Of a stretch of DNA of 64,000 nucleotides, positions 39,180 through 53,558 are shown piece after piece. How positions within the stretch are numbered: position 1 is the stretch's first letter; each line of letters starts with the position of its first letter. The position numbers and the translations under genes are program-made. The DNA is from Rhodospirillales bacterium (GTDB taxonomy: Bacteria > Pseudomonadota > Alphaproteobacteria > Rhodospirillales > UBA2165): the NCBI GenBank assembly GCA_965213765.1, contig OZ243926.1, positions 3,309,422 through 3,373,421 on the forward strand, given 5' to 3'. The notes below the pieces were generated by a model. It was not told the origin of the DNA and searched no databases. It saw only the letters and a list, made by a program, of their open reading frames with translations.

Positions 39180-40081
39180 GCCGTCATGTCGCTGTCCTGA
39201 TGGGTGGGTGGTCCGCCGAGCGGGAGGTTTCCCTGGTCTCGGGCGCTGCGGTTTCCAACGCGCTGACCGGGGCCGGTTACCGCGTCACCTCGATCGATGT
39301 GCAACGGGACGCGGGCGCGCTGCTGACCCGGCTCTATCCCAAACCCGACGCCGTGTTCAACGCGCTGCACGGCCGTTGGGGCGAGGACGGCTGCATTCAA
39401 GGCCTGCTGAATGTCTTCGAGGTTCCCTACACCCATTCAGGCCTTTTGGCCTCGGCGTTGGCCATGGACAAGCCTGCCGCCAAGACGCTGTTCGCTGCCA
39501 GCGGCATCAAGGTCTCAAAGCATGTCATCACTACCCGTGACGAGCTCTTGAAGGGCGACGTGCTGCCGAGGCCCTTTGTGGTGAAACCGGTGAATGAGGG
39601 ATCCAGTGTCGGTGTCACCATCGTCCACGAGGGCGATAATTTCAAACCCGGCGATGATGGCGGGTGGTGCTGGGGCCGCCAGGTGATGGTGGAAGAATTC
39701 ATTCCGGGCCGGGAACTGACCGTCGTGGTGATGGGCGATCGCGCGCTCGCGGTCACCGAAATCCTGACCGACCGGGAGTTCTACGACTACGACGCCAAGT
39801 ACGCACACCAGGGATCCCGGCATACGGTCCCGGCGGATATTGGCTCGGACGTTTATGACGAAGCCTGCCGAATTTCGTTGCTGGGCCATCAGGCCTTGGG
39901 ATGCCGCGGCGTCAGCCGCGCCGACCTGCGGTTCGACGGCGAGGACCTCTACATGCTGGAGATCAACACCCAGCCGGGGATGACCCCGACCTCGCTGGTC
40001 CCCGAACAGGCCGCCTACGCAAACATATCCTTCCAGGACCTAGTGTCCTGGATGGTGGAGAACGCCGCATGGGACGACTGA
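39176..40081 (+). CDS. ddl: D-Ala-D-Ala ligase
   Basis: GGWSAEREVS, LHGRWGEDG, FYDYDAKY, EINTQPGMT. Confidence 0.97.
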   Translation: MSRHVAVLMGGWSAEREVSLVSGAAVSNALTGAGYRVTSIDVQRDAGALLTRLYPKPDAVFNALHGRWGEDGCIQGLLNVFEVPYTHSGLLASALAMDKPAAKTLFAASGIKVSKHVITTRDELLKGDVLPRPFVVKPVNEGSSVGVTIVHEGDNFKPGDDGGWCWGRQVMVEEFIPGRELTVVVMGDRALAVTEILTDREFYDYDAKYAHQGSRHTVPADIGSDVYDEACRISLLGHQALGCRGVSRADLRFDGEDLYMLEINTQPGMTPTSLVPEQAAYANISFQDLVSWMVENAAWDD

Positions 40082-40941
40082 TGGGCAAGGCGGATAAGGG
40101 CTCGGCCCCGCGGACCACCCGGACGCCGAAGAAGCGGCCCCGGGTGAAGCCCCTGTGGCGGACGCCGCAATTGATCGCCGCCGGGATTTTGGCCGTGGTC
40201 ACGGTGACGGGTCTCGGCGGCTGGTGGTTCTGGAACGAAGGCTTCATCCAGCGTTCCCTGGAGCGCGCCAAATGGACCGCGATCGGCATCACGGCGAAGG
40301 CCGGCTTTACGGTTTCCGAAATTTTCGTCGAAGGACGGCATCGCACCTCTCCCGAGGCACTGCGCAAGGCCCTCCGGCTGGAGCGTGGCGCCCCGATCCT
40401 GGCGTTCGATCCCGACGCGGCGCGCATCCGGGTCGAGGCGCTGCCCTGGGTCCGTCAGGCGGCGGTGGAGCGGCAACTTCCCGACGTGGTGCACTTGAAA
40501 ATCGCCGAACGCCGGCCCCTGGCCCTGTGGCAGCGGGATGGGGTGTTCTCGCTGGTCGATTCCGACGGGGTGGTCATCCCCATCGGCGCCCTCGAAGCGT
40601 TCAAGAATTTGATCGTCATCGTCGGCGGGGACGCGCCCCGGCATGCCGGCGCCCTGATGGATGTCATCGCCCAATCGACCGAGCTCGCGGGTCACGTGAA
40701 GGCGGCGGTCCGGGTCTCCGGCCGGCGCTGGGATTTGCATCTGCTGGATGGTGTCGTGGTCCGGCTGCCCGAGGAAGATCCCGGCGGCGCCTGGCGGCGT
40801 CTTGCCGATTTGCAGCGGGATCGGGGGCTTCTGAGGGGCAGCGTATCCGGCATAGACCTTCGTTATCCGGACCGGGTGGTGATCCGGCCGGCACCCCGGC
40901 GCCCGGGCATCAAGCCGACGCCACAGCAGAAAGAGACCTGA
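40069..40941 (+). CDS. ftsQ: Cell division protein FtsQ
   Basis: Basic N-terminus, single TM, POTRA (LPWV...VERQLP), RRWDL, IDLR. Confidence 0.92.
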   Translation: MGRLMGKADKGSAPRTTRTPKKRPRVKPLWRTPQLIAAGILAVVTVTGLGGWWFWNEGFIQRSLERAKWTAIGITAKAGFTVSEIFVEGRHRTSPEALRKALRLERGAPILAFDPDAARIRVEALPWVRQAAVERQLPDVVHLKIAERRPLALWQRDGVFSLVDSDGVVIPIGALEAFKNLIVIVGGDAPRHAGALMDVIAQSTELAGHVKAAVRVSGRRWDLHLLDGVVVRLPEEDPGGAWRRLADLQRDRGLLRGSVSGIDLRYPDRVVIRPAPRRPGIKPTPQQKET

Positions 40942-40955
40942 CGGTAGACCGACGG

Positions 40956-42218
40956 ATGAAACGGAACCCGAAACAGAATGGCAGCGGCCGCGGATTGATC
41001 ACCGCCTTGGACGTGGGGTCGACCAAGGTTGCCTGCTTTATCGCCCGGATGACCGTATCCGGCGAACCCGAGATCGTCGGCATCGGCCATCAGCTGGCGA
41101 CCGGTATGCGGTCCGGCAACATTGTCGATCTGGAGGCGGTGGAATCGTCCATCCGGGCGGCAGTCGAGGCGGCGGAACAGATGGCGGGTGAAAACGTTAA
41201 GGACGTCGCCGCCTGCATCTCCGGCGCGTCACCTTCCTCGAAGCTGATTTCCTTTGACGTTTCCATCGCGGGTCACGAAATCGGCGATGCCGATCTTCGC
41301 CCCGCCCTTGATCCGGCATGGCTCAAGACCCAGGTGGAGGAGGACCGGCAGGTCATTCACGCCATTCCGGTCGCATTCTCCATCGACGGTAACCGCGGCG
41401 TGCGTGACCCCCGGGGCATGTTCGCCGAGAGACTGGGCGTCAACATGGTGGTGATGAGCGCGGCGTCCGGCCCGCTTCGCAACCTCGAGACCACCGTCAG
41501 CCGGTGCCACCTGGCGGTCGCCGATCATGTCATCGCTTCTTATGCCTCGGGACTGGCGTGTCTGGTCGATGACGAAACCGAACTCGGCGCCACCTGTATC
41601 GACATGGGCGGCGGCACGACGACGGTCTCGGTGTTTTTCGATGGCGAAATCGTCCACGCCGAGAGCATTCCGGTCGGCGGCGGCCATGTCACCAATGACA
41701 TCGCGCGCGGGCTGTCGACCCCGGTGGCATTCGCGGAACGCATGAAGACGCTCTACGGCAGCTGTGTGGCGTCACCCTCCGACGACACCGAGAGCATCAG
41801 TGTGCCGCTGGTCGGCGAGGATGAGAACGATGCGGCTCACGTGCCGCGCTCCATGCTGGTCGGGATCATCCGGCCCCGGGTCGAGGAAATTCTGGAATTG
41901 GTCCGCGAACGGCTGGAGACGACCGGCTTCGACAAGGTTGCGGGACGCCGCGTGGTTCTGACCGGCGGCGCCAGCCAACTCACCGGTATCCGGGAACTGG
42001 CCGCCGAGATGCTCGATAAGAACGTGCGTATCGGCCGTCCCACGGGCTTCAAGGGCCTGGCGGAGGCAACCAACGGCCCCGCCTTCTCGGCCGCCGCCGG
42101 CCTGATCAAGTTCATCATCAATTCACAATCGGAGACCGCGCATGCCGCGCTCCGTGCAATGGAGGTCCCGGCAAGCCGCTTTGGCCGGCTCGGGATGTGG
42201 CTCCGTGAAAACATGTAA
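40956..42218 (+). CDS. ftsA: Cell division protein FtsA
   Basis: LDVGSTK, IDMGGGTT, VLTGGASQL, C-terminal WLRENM helix; true start inside the longer listed ORF. Confidence 0.95.
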   Translation: MKRNPKQNGSGRGLITALDVGSTKVACFIARMTVSGEPEIVGIGHQLATGMRSGNIVDLEAVESSIRAAVEAAEQMAGENVKDVAACISGASPSSKLISFDVSIAGHEIGDADLRPALDPAWLKTQVEEDRQVIHAIPVAFSIDGNRGVRDPRGMFAERLGVNMVVMSAASGPLRNLETTVSRCHLAVADHVIASYASGLACLVDDETELGATCIDMGGGTTTVSVFFDGEIVHAESIPVGGGHVTNDIARGLSTPVAFAERMKTLYGSCVASPSDDTESISVPLVGEDENDAAHVPRSMLVGIIRPRVEEILELVRERLETTGFDKVAGRRVVLTGGASQLTGIRELAAEMLDKNVRIGRPTGFKGLAEATNGPAFSAAAGLIKFIINSQSETAHAALRAMEVPASRFGRLGMWLRENM

Positions 42219-42350
42219 CTCGCATCAACCCCTCATCGCTCCGGTCGACCGGGGCATCTCATCCGTCCCGTCAAAGCGGGACTTCCCTACTCGCCCGCCG
42301 GAGAATCCGGTGCTCCCGGCGGGTCGTACACTCTCAATCTGGAGGCCAAA

Positions 42351-44099
42351 ATGAGTATAAACCTGACAGTGCCGAGCAATAACGAGACGCCCGAATTGAA
42401 ACCTAGGATCACCGTCGTCGGCGTCGGGGGCGCCGGTGGCAATGCCGTAAACAACATGATCAAGTCCGGACTGGAAGGGGTCGACTTCATGGTCGCCAAT
42501 TCCGATGCCCAGGCTCTGGCCCATTCCCAATCGGATCTGCGAATTCAAATGGGAACCCAGATCACCCGAGGACTGGGTGCCGGGTCAAATCCGGATGTCG
42601 GTCGCGCGGCGGCCGAAGAGTCCCTCGAAGACATTCTCGCCAATCTGCAGGATGCCAATATGGTGTTCATCACCGCCGGTCTCGGTGGTGGAACCGGTAC
42701 CGGCGCCGCCCCGGTCATCGCTCGTGCCGCTCGGGAGCGCGACATCCTGACGGTGGGCGTGGTCACCAAACCATTCCAGTTCGAAGGCGCCAACCGGATG
42801 AAGATCGCCGAGGCGGGCCTTGAAGAGTTGCATCAGTTCGTCGATACGCTGCTGATCATTCCCAACCAGAACCTGTTCCGGGTTGCCAATGAGCAGACGA
42901 CCTTTGCCGATGCTTTCAAGATGGCGGACGACGTCCTCTATTCGGGCGTTCGCGGGGTCACCGATCTGATGGTGATGCCGGGCCTGATCAACCTCGACTT
43001 TGCCGACATCCGCTCGGTGATGAGCGAGATGGGCAAGGCAATGATGGGAACCGGCGAAGCCGAGGATGAACGCCGTGCGGTCGACGCCGCGGAGGCGGCG
43101 ATCGCCAATCCGCTGCTCGACGATACCTCCATGCGCGGCGCCAGGGGTGTGCTGATCAATATCACCGCCGGTATGGACATCACCCTGTTCGAGGTCGACG
43201 AGGCCGCCAACCGGGTCCGCGACGAAGTGGACGAAGATGCGAACATTATCTTCGGCTCGACCTTCGACGAAAGTCTCGAGGGGCGGATCAGGGTGTCCGT
43301 GGTCGCCACGGGGATCGAGGCCGAAGCCGGCGCCCGGCCACAGCCCATCGTGCGCCAGGTGACCGAGGCCAATCGGCCGGCACAGATCGAAGCCCCCAAG
43401 GAAGAGGCTGCGCCCACCGCTCCGGCGGAGTTGGCCCGGTTCCCCGAGGCCGTCGCCGAACCCACGGCCGAGCAGGAAGATGCCTCCGAGCCGGACCCGG
43501 CGGGTGACGGGACCGATGCCGCGGCTGCCGTCGAGGCGCTCACCGAGGCTCCGGCCGAGGCCGATACCGCCGCCGGCGGCGACAGCCCGGCACCGTTCAT
43601 TCCGGCTGCGCCGGTCGAAACCGCGCCCGCGGTTGCCGAAGCAGCCACGCCTGATCCTATCGCCGTCGCGGACATGATGAACGCGCGTTCGGCGGACGAG
43701 GCCCCCGCACCCAAGAAGAAGGGCCCGAGCCTGTTTGAACGGGTCACCGGCGTTGGCCGTCAGGAGCGCCGCGAGCCACTACCACCGGCAGCCGCCAATC
43801 CGCCTCAGGCACCCGAACCAATTCCGTCTCCGGCATCCGCGCCGAAGACGGAGGCCGTGCCTCAACCGGCACCCCAACCGGCGCCTGTGGCCCAGCCAGT
43901 TGAATCGGCACTTGAATCGCCCCCTGAAACGCAGCATGAAACACCGATTCCGACGCCGCCTGCCGAGCAACCGGCGCAGAGTGCGTCGCCGGCCAACATG
44001 CTGCTTGGCGCCCTCGATACCGGTGATGGCGGCAAGAACACGGGCGACGATGACGATCTCCTTGATATTCCTGCGTTTTTACGGCGTCAGGCGAACTAG
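42351..44099 (+). CDS. ftsZ: Cell division protein FtsZ (long alphaproteobacterial linker)
   Basis: GGGTGTG, NLDFAD, C-terminal [12 protein letters not shown]. Confidence 0.98.
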   Translation: MSINLTVPSNNETPELKPRITVVGVGGAGGNAVNNMIKSGLEGVDFMVANSDAQALAHSQSDLRIQMGTQITRGLGAGSNPDVGRAAAEESLEDILANLQDANMVFITAGLGGGTGTGAAPVIARAARERDILTVGVVTKPFQFEGANRMKIAEAGLEELHQFVDTLLIIPNQNLFRVANEQTTFADAFKMADDVLYSGVRGVTDLMVMPGLINLDFADIRSVMSEMGKAMMGTGEAEDERRAVDAAEAAIANPLLDDTSMRGARGVLINITAGMDITLFEVDEAANRVRDEVDEDANIIFGSTFDESLEGRIRVSVVATGIEAEAGARPQPIVRQVTEANRPAQIEAPKEEAAPTAPAELARFPEAVAEPTAEQEDASEPDPAGDGTDAAAAVEALTEAPAEADTAAGGDSPAPFIPAAPVETAPAVAEAATPDPIAVADMMNARSADEAPAPKKKGPSLFERVTGVGRQERREPLPPAAANPPQAPEPIPSPASAPKTEAVPQPAPQPAPVAQPVESALESPPETQHETPIPTPPAEQPAQSASPANMLLGALDTGDGGKNTGDDDDLLDIPAFLRRQAN

Positions 44100-44297
44100 G
44101 GAGACGCCCGAGAATACCGCAACATTTGGAAACATTTGTTGATTTGTGTGTCTCCGAGGGGGTTGTTACACCATCCTCGGAGCCACACAAATGGGTGCAA
44201 TTTCAACGAATTGACCCGACGGTTCCGGGGTAAGAAGTCAATCGGGCCGGGTAACGGTCCCGGACGGCCTGATAAGGCAAGAGATGAATCACTTGGG

Positions 44298-44313
44298 TAA
44301 AGTGCCGGTTAAC
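44298..44313. promoter_or_regulatory. Candidate CtrA box upstream of lpxC
   Basis: TAAA-GTGCCGG-TTAAC, one mismatch to consensus. Confidence 0.35.
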
Positions 44314-44334
44314 GAAGGCCCTGTAGGTGACACC

Positions 44335-45258
44335 GTGGCGCCGGGCACTCCTGGTTTTACAATTTCCCAAAAGACTATCGCTCAGACGGTCAGTTGTTCC
44401 GGGGTCGCGTTGCATTCGGGCGCCGAGACGGCATTGACCCTGCGTCCGGCACCGGCCGGTACCGGGATCATCTTCCGCCGCACGGACCTGGAAGGAAGCC
44501 CCGAAATTCCCGCCCGCTGGAACTACGTGGTCGATACCACCCTCTGCACCACCCTCGGCACCGAGGGCGGTGCGCGCATTTCGACGGTTGAGCACCTGAT
44601 GGCGGCTCTGGCCGGCTGTCACATCGATAACCTCTATGTCGAGGTCGATGGCCCCGAAGTGCCGATCATGGACGGCAGTTCCCAGCCCTTCGTCTACTTG
44701 GTCGAGTGCGCAGGCGTGGTGGAGCAGGCCGAGGCCCGGCGGGTGATGGAAATCCTCAAGCCGGTGACCATCGAAGACGGTGACCGGCTGGTGGAGCTGA
44801 CCCCGAGCCCGTCTTTCTCGGTCGGGTTCGAAATCGATTTTGCCAATCAGGCGGTGGCCCGCCAGGAATTGGTGGTGACGCTGATCAACGGCTCATTCAA
44901 GACGGAAATTGCCCGCGCCCGGACCTTCGGGTTCGCGGAAGAGGTCGCGCAGATGCGGGCCGCCGGCCTTGCCCGTGGCGGTTCGCTGGATAATGCGGTT
45001 GTGGTCTCCGAGGACCGGGTCCTCAATGAAGGCGGACTGCGCTACGACGACGAGTTCGTCCGCCACAAGGTACTGGATGCGGTCGGCGACTTGTACCTCG
45101 CCGGCGCACCGATTCGCGGTCATTTCCGCGGTGTGCGCTCGGGCCACCGGCTCAACAACGAGCTGCTCCGGGCGCTGTTTGCCGATGATACCGCCTGGCG
45201 GGAAACGACCCTTGATCCGGCGATCGCCGTTCATGGGATGGAATTCGCTGCGGCTTAA
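44335..45258 (+). CDS. lpxC: UDP-3-O-acyl-GlcNAc deacetylase
   Basis: [27 protein letters not shown]; GTG 44335 preferred (alternative ATG 44284). Confidence 0.96.
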   Translation: MAPGTPGFTISQKTIAQTVSCSGVALHSGAETALTLRPAPAGTGIIFRRTDLEGSPEIPARWNYVVDTTLCTTLGTEGGARISTVEHLMAALAGCHIDNLYVEVDGPEVPIMDGSSQPFVYLVECAGVVEQAEARRVMEILKPVTIEDGDRLVELTPSPSFSVGFEIDFANQAVARQELVVTLINGSFKTEIARARTFGFAEEVAQMRAAGLARGGSLDNAVVVSEDRVLNEGGLRYDDEFVRHKVLDAVGDLYLAGAPIRGHFRGVRSGHRLNNELLRALFADDTAWRETTLDPAIAVHGMEFAAA

Positions 45259-45282
45259 ATTCCTATCTGAGGATTGCCGGGC

Positions 45283-45310
45283 TTGCCGCTCCTTTGGGGC
45301 GGCAATTTTT
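45283..45310 (+). terminator. Intrinsic terminator after lpxC
   Basis: TTGCCGCTCC-TTT-GGGGCGGCAA hairpin followed by a T tract. Confidence 0.7.
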
Positions 45311-45418
45311 GTCGGCCGCACTGTCGTGGTATCGTGATCGCCGCGGGGCAGACAGAGGCCAAAAAAATGCTATATTTATGCTGGTCTCCAGCGAGGAAAC
45401 CGGGAACTCACGAATTCC

Positions 45419-46261
45419 ATGGCTGAAATGCGATCCTCAATTTTCAAGCGGATCAGACTCCCATCGTCACGGCTCTTGGTGCTTGGCCTTGCGGCATTCG
45501 CGCTGGCCGCCTGTTCATCGTCGGACGATGAAATCGCATATGTCGAACGGCCGGTGGAGGCGCTTTACAATACCGCGCTCAACCAGCTCAACGCCGGCGA
45601 GTTCCAGCAAGCGGCTGTCGCCTTCGATGAGGTGGAACGCCAGCATCCCTATTCGGTATGGGCGATCAAGGCCCAGCTGATGTCGGCCTACGCCCACTAT
45701 CAAAACAACGACTACGATGACGCCATCGTTGCCCTCGATCGGTTCATCCAGCTCCATCCGGGGAATAAGGACATCGCCTATGCCCACTATTTGAGGGGGC
45801 TGAGCTACTACGAGCAGATCGTCGATGTGGGCCGGGACCAAAAGATGACCCAGTTGGCGCTGCAGAACCTTTCCGATCTCGTCAGCCGGTTTGCCAACAG
45901 CAAGTATACCCGCGATGCGCAGCTGAAGATCGATCTCACCCGCGATCACCTTGCCGGCAAGGAGATGGAAATCGGCCGTTATTACCAGGGTCAGCGCCAG
46001 CACTTGGCGGCCATTAACCGGTTCAAGCTCGTCATCGACCGTTATCAGACCACGACCCACGTGCCGGAAGCGCTCCACCGTTTGACCGAATCCTATCTTG
46101 AGCTGGGGCTCAACGATCAGGCGGCTAAAACCGCCGCGACGTTGGGCTACAACTTTCCCGGCAGCGAGTGGTACATCGATTCCTACCAAATTGTCGAAGG
46201 CAAGCAGGTCCGGCCCAAGGAAGAAAAGAAGACGCCTTGGTATTGGCCGTTCGGCAACTAG
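45419..46261 (+). CDS. bamD: Outer membrane assembly lipoprotein BamD
   Basis: Lipobox LAAC, TPRs, QHPYS, HLAGKEMEIGRYY. Confidence 0.95.
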   Translation: MAEMRSSIFKRIRLPSSRLLVLGLAAFALAACSSSDDEIAYVERPVEALYNTALNQLNAGEFQQAAVAFDEVERQHPYSVWAIKAQLMSAYAHYQNNDYDDAIVALDRFIQLHPGNKDIAYAHYLRGLSYYEQIVDVGRDQKMTQLALQNLSDLVSRFANSKYTRDAQLKIDLTRDHLAGKEMEIGRYYQGQRQHLAAINRFKLVIDRYQTTTHVPEALHRLTESYLELGLNDQAAKTAATLGYNFPGSEWYIDSYQIVEGKQVRPKEEKKTPWYWPFGN

Positions 46262-46282
46262 GCCGGGATAACTTCGACGTCC

Positions 46283-50078
<3,796 letters not shown>

Positions 50079-50084
50079 AGAGTT

Positions 50085-50356
50085 CTAGCCCGCATTTCCC
50101 GCCAGGGTCACGGCCTGCGTCGCGTCCAGGCGGTCGATCCGCCAGGAGCGGCCCGAAACGCGTAGCGGCGACTACGGTTGAGGGCCGCGACGCCGCGGGC
50201 AGGCGCCGGGCCGCGACCCGAAGGGCGGCGCTCTCTGATCGACAGCGTGCGTCGAGGCGCTTGCCCGATGTCACCGCATCGCGCGGCGCGCCTCACCTGC
50301 TCTGTCGACCCGACAGCGCCGCGCAGACCATGACCCTGGTGAGAAATGCGGGCTAG
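50085..50356. mobile_element. MITE-like non-autonomous element (272 bp)
   Basis: 35-bp terminal inverted repeats (31/35 match) beginning CTAGCCCGCATTTC; CTAG at both ends; internal hairpins; no transposase. Confidence 0.85.
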
Positions 50357-50365
50357 GCACGAGTT

Positions 50366-51472
50366 ATGGACCTCTCCTACTTTATTCAGCCCGTCCATCC
50401 CCTGGACAAGCCCTATGGACAGTCCATCGAGGAGGACCGCCGGTCGATCATCTTCGCCGATGAACTGGGCTACAAGGAGGCCTTCGTCGGCGAGCATTTC
50501 ACCGACCTCGCCGAACCCATCACCTCGTGCCTGATGTTCCTGTCCTGGCTGGCCCGTGATACCAAGCGGATCAAGCTGGCGTCGGGGGTTACCAACCTGC
50601 CGGTCTATCACCCGATCATGCTGGCGGGCCACGTGGCGATGATCGATCACATGCTGGGCGGGCGGTTCATCTGGGGCATCGGCCCCGGCGGCCAGCCCTC
50701 CGATATCGAGGCCTTCGGCAATTGGGACGTGGACCGGAACATCAAGATGGTCGAGGTGTTCGACCAGGTAATGGAAATCTGGAACGGCGAGGCGCCTTAC
50801 GATGTCGCCGGCGAATTCAACTCGTTCCACACCACCCGGACCCATAACCCGGCCATCGGCCAGGGCATCGCGCCCAAGCCCTTGCAGCGCCCCCATCCGC
50901 CCATCGTGGTGACGGCGCTGGCGCCGTACTCCCGCGGCATCACGCTCGCCGCGGAGCGGGGCTGGCTCCCCATCTCGTGCCAATACGTGCAGGCCCATTG
51001 GGTGGCCACCCATCGCCCCAAGCTGATGGAGGGGCTGGTGAATGCGGGAAAGAAAGAAGACCCGGCGGCCTGGCGGGTCGCCAAATGCGTGTTCGTCGCC
51101 GATGACGAGAAGACGGCGCAAGCCTACGCACGCTCCGAGGACGGCCCCTACGGTTATTACTTCAACAGCCTGATGACCAAATTGGGCGGCGGCGGGCGCA
51201 TCGGCCTGTTCGCCAAATACCCGGACCAGCCCGAGGACCGGATCACCCTCCGGCAGAGCCTGGATACCCAGGTGATCGCCGGCACCGCCGACAGCGTGGT
51301 GGATCAGATCCTGGCCTTGCGGGAAGAGATCGGCAGCTTCGGGACGCTGGTGTACACCGGCCTCGACTGGGCCGATGAGGCATTGGGCCGCAAGTCCATG
51401 CAGCTCATGGCCGAAGAGGTGATGCCGCGCATCAACGCGGCCCTCGGTGAAAGCGCCGAAGCGGCGGAGTAA
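50366..51472 (+). CDS. Luciferase-like (LLM) flavin-dependent monooxygenase
   Basis: ADELGYKEAFVGEH, IKLASGV-NLP, GRFIWGIGPG, PLQRPHPP, AEEVMP. Confidence 0.9.
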   Translation: MDLSYFIQPVHPLDKPYGQSIEEDRRSIIFADELGYKEAFVGEHFTDLAEPITSCLMFLSWLARDTKRIKLASGVTNLPVYHPIMLAGHVAMIDHMLGGRFIWGIGPGGQPSDIEAFGNWDVDRNIKMVEVFDQVMEIWNGEAPYDVAGEFNSFHTTRTHNPAIGQGIAPKPLQRPHPPIVVTALAPYSRGITLAAERGWLPISCQYVQAHWVATHRPKLMEGLVNAGKKEDPAAWRVAKCVFVADDEKTAQAYARSEDGPYGYYFNSLMTKLGGGGRIGLFAKYPDQPEDRITLRQSLDTQVIAGTADSVVDQILALREEIGSFGTLVYTGLDWADEALGRKSMQLMAEEVMPRINAALGESAEAAE

Positions 51473-52000
51473 TTAATTCAGTTTGTCGGGGAGCTCGTCG
51501 ATGGCGTCGTCGATGAGCTGGTCGGCTTTGTCGCCCTGGACCGTATCCTCGAGGATGGAGCGGGTCGCGGTGAGCGCGATATCGGAGGCCATGGCCCGGA
51601 CCTCCTGGGTTGCCTCGGTCTCGGCCCGGGCGATGCGGTCGATGGCCAGCTTCTCGCGGCGCTGCAGCGAGTGCTCCAGGTCTTCGGTCATCTTGGTGCG
51701 CAGGCGCTGGGCCTCTTCCCGCGCCTCGCCGATGATGGATTCAGCTTCCTGTTCGGCCTCGGCGATCTTGCGCTTGTAGGAGGCCAGCAGTTCCTGGGCC
51801 TCCTCGCGAAGCCGGGCCGCCTCGTCCAGCTGCTCGCGGATGCTGTCGATCTTGTCGTCCATCATCCTGGTGACGATGCCCCAGGCAGGCTTGGCGGCGA
51901 ATGCGAGCAGCAGGATGAACGACACCGCCACCCAGAAGGTGGGATCGGTGTAGAAGGCGGCGCCCTCAGCCGTGGCGGCGTGGGCCGGAGAGATGAACAT
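51473..52000 (-). CDS. atpF: ATP synthase F0 subunit b
   Basis: TFWVAVSF TM plus coiled coil; operon context. Confidence 0.92.
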   Translation of the reverse strand: MFISPAHAATAEGAAFYTDPTFWVAVSFILLLAFAAKPAWGIVTRMMDDKIDSIREQLDEAARLREEAQELLASYKRKIAEAEQEAESIIGEAREEAQRLRTKMTEDLEHSLQRREKLAIDRIARAETEATQEVRAMASDIALTATRSILEDTVQGDKADQLIDDAIDELPDKLN

Positions 52001-52491
52001 CAGGCCTTCTCCTGCAGGGCGGCTTCGACCGCGGCGGCCACCGCCTGGGGCGACGGGCTCTCGTCGATCAGGTGCTGCACCGTCGAGGCCGCGACCTCGG
52101 AGGCCGCTTCCTGGATGCCGGCGATGGTTTCGTCCTTGGCCGCGGCGATGCGGGCCTCGGCGGCCTTGATCTCGGCTGCCAGCTGCTCGTTGAGGGTGTC
52201 ATGACGCCGCGTCCCTTCGGCCGACATGTCGGCGGTTGCCTCGTGGATGACCTGGCGCGCCCGGGCGCGGGCATCGGAAAGGGAGGTCTCGTACCTGGCT
52301 TCCTCTTTCTGGGCCTCGGCGTTGAGCTGCTCCGCCGTGGACAGATTGTCGTCCAGCCGCTTCTGCCGCTCCTCCAGCACCTGCTCCACCCGGGGCAGCG
52401 CGATGCGCGACATCAGGAAATAGAGCGCCACGAAGCATATCGACAGCCAGACGATCTGGCTCGGAAAAGCGGTGACATCAAACTGCGGCAT
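52000..52491 (-). CDS. ATP synthase F0 subunit b'
   Basis: MPQFD...SQIVWL, ALPR, coiled coil. Confidence 0.92.
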   Translation of the reverse strand: MPQFDVTAFPSQIVWLSICFVALYFLMSRIALPRVEQVLEERQKRLDDNLSTAEQLNAEAQKEEARYETSLSDARARARQVIHEATADMSAEGTRRHDTLNEQLAAEIKAAEARIAAAKDETIAGIQEAASEVAASTVQHLIDESPSPQAVAAAVEAALQEKA

Positions 52492-52515
52492 GGAAATATC
52501 CTGATTGCTTCGGTG

Positions 52516-52538
52516 CCGGGCCGCCGAATGCGGCCCGG
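52516..52538. other. Hairpin between atpE and the b' gene
   Basis: CCGGGCCGC-CGAAT-GCGGCCCGG perfect 9-bp stem. Confidence 0.6.
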
Positions 52539-52551
52539 ACGGAGAAGCCTT

Positions 52552-52797
<246 letters not shown>

Positions 52798-52815
52798 CTA
52801 GGAAATTTCGTTGGA

Positions 52816-53547
52816 TCAATGGAGATGAACCGCATCCGAAATGTAGATGCAGGTCAAAATGGTGAAGATGTAGGCCTGGAGGAACGAGATCAGCAGTTCC
52901 AGGGCCGTGACGGCGACGAGGCCGGCGACCGGCACCACGCCGAAGATTCCGAGAGGTACGACGAAGCCGGCGACCACCTTCAGGAGCGTGTGGCCGGCCA
53001 TCATGTTGGCGAACAGCCGGACGCTCAGGCTCACGGGGCGCGACAGGTACGAGATGATCTCGATCGGGATCAACAGCGGCGCCATGGCGATGGGCACGCC
53101 GTGGGGCAGAAAGAACGAGAAGAACTTCATGCCATGCTTGAAGACGGCGATCAGCGTCACCGCGATGAATATGAAGGCGGCGAGCGTGAAGGTCACCGCG
53201 AGATGGCTGGTGAAGGTAAAGCTGTAGGGCAGCATGCCCAGGAAATTGCCGAACAGCACGAACATGAACAGCGTGAAAACGAACGGGAAGTAGGGCCGTC
53301 CTTCCTTGCCCACCGTGTCCGACAGCATTTTGGCGATAAACGAGTAGCTGAGCTCGGCCAGCAGCTGCCAGCGGCTCGGCACCATGGCCCGCCGGCGGAC
53401 GCTGAGGATCATCAGGGCCGAGGCCAGCACCACGGCGGCGACCATGAAGGTGGCCGAATTTGTGAATGACACGTCCACACCGCCGATTTCGGCGGGCACC
53501 CATCGCTGGATGACGAATTGTTCGAGCGGGCTAGATCCTTCGGCCAA
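52816..53547 (-). CDS. atpB: ATP synthase F0 subunit a
   Basis: PLEQF, SFTNS, RLFANM, LQAYIF; TTG start. Confidence 0.97.
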   Translation of the reverse strand: MAEGSSPLEQFVIQRWVPAEIGGVDVSFTNSATFMVAAVVLASALMILSVRRRAMVPSRWQLLAELSYSFIAKMLSDTVGKEGRPYFPFVFTLFMFVLFGNFLGMLPYSFTFTSHLAVTFTLAAFIFIAVTLIAVFKHGMKFFSFFLPHGVPIAMAPLLIPIEIISYLSRPVSLSVRLFANMMAGHTLLKVVAGFVVPLGIFGVVPVAGLVAVTALELLISFLQAYIFTILTCIYISDAVHLH

Positions 53548-53558
53548 ATTCCAAATCC

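Noticed and set aside
40155-40955. Apparent 267-aa N-terminal extension of FtsA
   Set aside because: Overlaps ftsQ in another frame; FtsA similarity starts near ATG 40956
43320-44060. Long Pro/Ala/Glu-rich FtsZ linker as a novel domain
   Set aside because: Long disordered linkers are typical of alphaproteobacterial FtsZ
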